A DNA stretch of 63,970 bases, counting the filler, from Babesia bigemina (taxonomy: Eukaryota): the NCBI RefSeq assembly GCF_000981445.1. It is 15 parts of 15 records of this genome, joined end to end, with 100 filler letters (N's around TTAATTAATTAA, not from the genome) between each part and the next. Parts side by side here need not be neighbours in the genome. Positions count along the whole stretch, not along the records: positions 61,800 to 63,970 come from NW_012237079.1; 14 more parts are not named here. One strand, 5' to 3'. Below are positions 61,800 through 63,970 of this stretch, piece by piece. The position numbers and the translations under genes were made by a program. Under the pieces are notes generated by a model that had not been told where the DNA came from, ran no database searches, and worked only from the letters and a program-made list of their open reading frames with translations. Each line of letters opens with the position of its first letter. The first letter of the stretch is position 1.

Positions 61800-63040
61800 A
61801 GCGATGTAGAGTGGTTAAAGGGGCGATGTAGAGTGGGTTAAGAGGCGATGTGGAGTGGATGATAATCACTACTCTGGTCACCATGTCATCGCTGCCGTGA
61901 CCAGTCATCGCTGCCGTGTCCATGTCATCGCTGCCGTGACCATGTCATCGCTGCCGTAACCAGGTCATCGCTGCCGTAACCATGTCATCGCTGCCGTGAC
62001 CATTTCATCGCTGCCGTAACCATGTCATCGCTGCCGTAGCCATGTCATCGCTGCCGTAACCATCAACTGTCATCGCTGCCGTGACCAGGTCATCGCTGCC
62101 GTTACCATCAACTGTCATCGCTGCCGTGACCATGTCACCGCTGCCGTAACCATGTCATCGCTGCCGTAACCATGTCATCGCTGCCGTAACCATGTCCTCG
62201 CTGCCGTGACCATGACATCGCTGCCGTAACCATGACATCGCTGCCGTAACCATGACATCGCTGCCGTGACCATGTCACCGCTGCCGTGACCTAGTCATCG
62301 CTGCCGTAATCATGTCATCGCTGCCGTGACCATCTCATCGCTGCCGTGACCATGTCATCGCTGCCGTAACCATGTCATGTCATCGCTGCTGTGTCCATGT
62401 CATCGCTGCCGTGACCATGTCATCGCTGCCGTGACCATGTCATCTCTGCCGTCACCATGTCATCGCTGCCGTCACCATGTCATCGCTGCCTTAACCATGT
62501 CACCGCTGCCTTAACCATGTCATCGCTGCTGTTACCATGTCATCGCTGCCGTAACCATGTCATCGCTGCAGTGACCATGTCCTCGCTGCCGTAACCATGT
62601 CATCGCTGCAGTGACCATGTCCTCGCTGCCGTGACCATGTCATCGCTGCCGTAACCATGTCATCGCTGCCGTAGCCATGCCATCGCTGCCGTAACCATGT
62701 CATCGCTGCCGTAACCATGTCATCGCTGCCGTGACCAAGACATCGCTGCCGTGACCATGTCATCGCTGCCGTGACCACTGTCATCGCTGCCGTGACCATG
62801 ACATCGCTGCCGTAACCATCAGCTTGGTCATGGCATTGGTCACCACTTTGGTCATGGCATTGGTCACCACTTTGGTCAGCACGTTGGTCACCACATTGGT
62901 CAGCACTTTGGTCAGGTGCTTGGTCAGCACTTTGGTCATCACTTTGGTCAGCACATTGGTCAACACGTTGGTCAACACGTTGGTAAACACGTTGGTCAAC
63001 ACGTTGGTCAACACGTTGGTAAACACGTTGGTCAACACTT
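61800..63040 (-). repeat. Inverted A-B-C cassette (C 61800..61860, B 61878..62820, A 62822..63040)
   Basis: Reverse complements of repeats C, B and A, in the same order relative to the gene. Confidence 0.95.
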
Positions 63041-63163
63041 AACCCACGTGCCAATCAAGCTCACAATTCATACAATTAATAATGTAACAGATTAAAGCAC
63101 AATTCATAAGTTAGGTGAGTAGGTGATGCTAGGTGAGTGTGGACAGTAAACACGTGAGTACGA

Positions 63164-63970
63164 TTACGGTTGCAGGTAAAGCACCCTGTTAAGCTTGTTA
63201 ACACGCGCGGCGGCAAGTAGCGATTGAGCGGCGATGCGATGACTCGAGGGACTATGTAGATGCGATTTGATGTGGAGCAGGTCGAGGCGGATGACCATGA
63301 TGTGGATGAGGTACAACAGAGAGAGGAGCCAGAGGGAAAGGGTTAAGGTCATGAAGGGGAAACGGATCTGGTATAGGAATTCTGGAATCGTTACATATAC
63401 CAACTTTGCAAGTGCCGCGTCGTCATCTACTTTATCACTGAGAACAGTTTTTAGGGCCTTGCAGAAATCTTTGCACGTGCGTTTGGTTGGCTTATCGGCA
63501 AGCATCAATGCGTCTTCATTTACGAAGCCATATTTGTACAGCGTCGGCCTGGTAAACTTGCATTTGACAATGGACTCACATGAATCGGCGTGATTGGGGT
63601 CTGGCTTCTTGCCATTGAAATTACAATTTCGTGAGCACCGTGCAGTACGGCACTTCGGTTTATCGTCGCCGCAACATTTGTTGCATTCTTCGAATAATTT
63701 CTTAAGCAAGTCATAAAACGTCTCTGTGATGTAGACGATCCATGAAAGATAAGTGCCGGCGTGCTTGCTCGAAAATGTGTTGCGGATGTCACCGCTAATT
63801 GGCCTCATGTACGGACCGCAAGAACCTTTGGGTGTCCTGTCACCCTTACCAGAGTAACAGTCTACCAAACCAAACAGGTCACCCCTTGGGATGATTGTTC
63901 TTGTCGTGTATGTGTGAACCGAATACATTTTTAATGGTGAAGTCTTGATACTCCGCCCCGAAATAGGCGT
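63164..63970 (-). CDS. ves1: ves1-like gene, 3' fragment, A-type tail
   Basis: CGPYMRPI, LSWIVYITETFYDLLKKL, TM and NRVLYLQP. Confidence 0.9.
   Translation of the reverse strand, partial: TPISGRSIKTSPLKMYSVHTYTTRTIIPRGDLFGLVDCYSGKGDRTPKGSCGPYMRPISGDIRNTFSSKHAGTYLSWIVYITETFYDLLKKLFEECNKCCGDDKPKCRTARCSRNCNFNGKKPDPNHADSCESIVKCKFTRPTLYKYGFVNEDALMLADKPTKRTCKDFCKALKTVLSDKVDDDAALAKLVYVTIPEFLYQIRFPFMTLTLSLWLLSLLYLIHIMVIRLDLLHIKSHLHSPSSHRIAAQSLLAAARVNKLNRVLYLQP

Overview
This is eukaryotic, piroplasmid-type DNA, most likely Babesia (B. bigemina/ovata-like; this is inferred from the gene family). It is not one continuous locus. Fifteen small contigs are joined by 14 artificial 100-bp linkers (44 N + TTAATTAATTAA + 44 N), so adjacency holds only within a contig. 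Most contigs carry full or partial ves1/VESA1-like variant surface antigen genes, recognised by the ESIDWLIQ and GIVYSDLDRLCDGVMxFL motifs, a Cys-rich domain, one C-terminal TM helix and a YLQP tail. The genes sit head-to-tail in a fixed non-coding cassette: gene, conserved trailer, 12-bp or 24-bp array (depending on tail subfamily), 20-bp array, 22-bp C-rich array, ATG leader, next gene. Highlights: (1) a ~1,950-codon minus-strand repetitive ORF (PAKPQEQ/PALSQ) with a GPI-type C-terminus that the ORF track missed; (2) adjacent satellites share cores in inverted orientation; (3) an invariant 12-codon ATG mini-ORF, out of frame with every downstream ves ORF but rescued by a phase-0 intron; (4) the same cassette fused to a GC3-rich, probably CDPK-like, non-ves fragment; (5) several microhomology junctions, including a fold-back that splits one gene; (6) a telomere tract with variable unit length.
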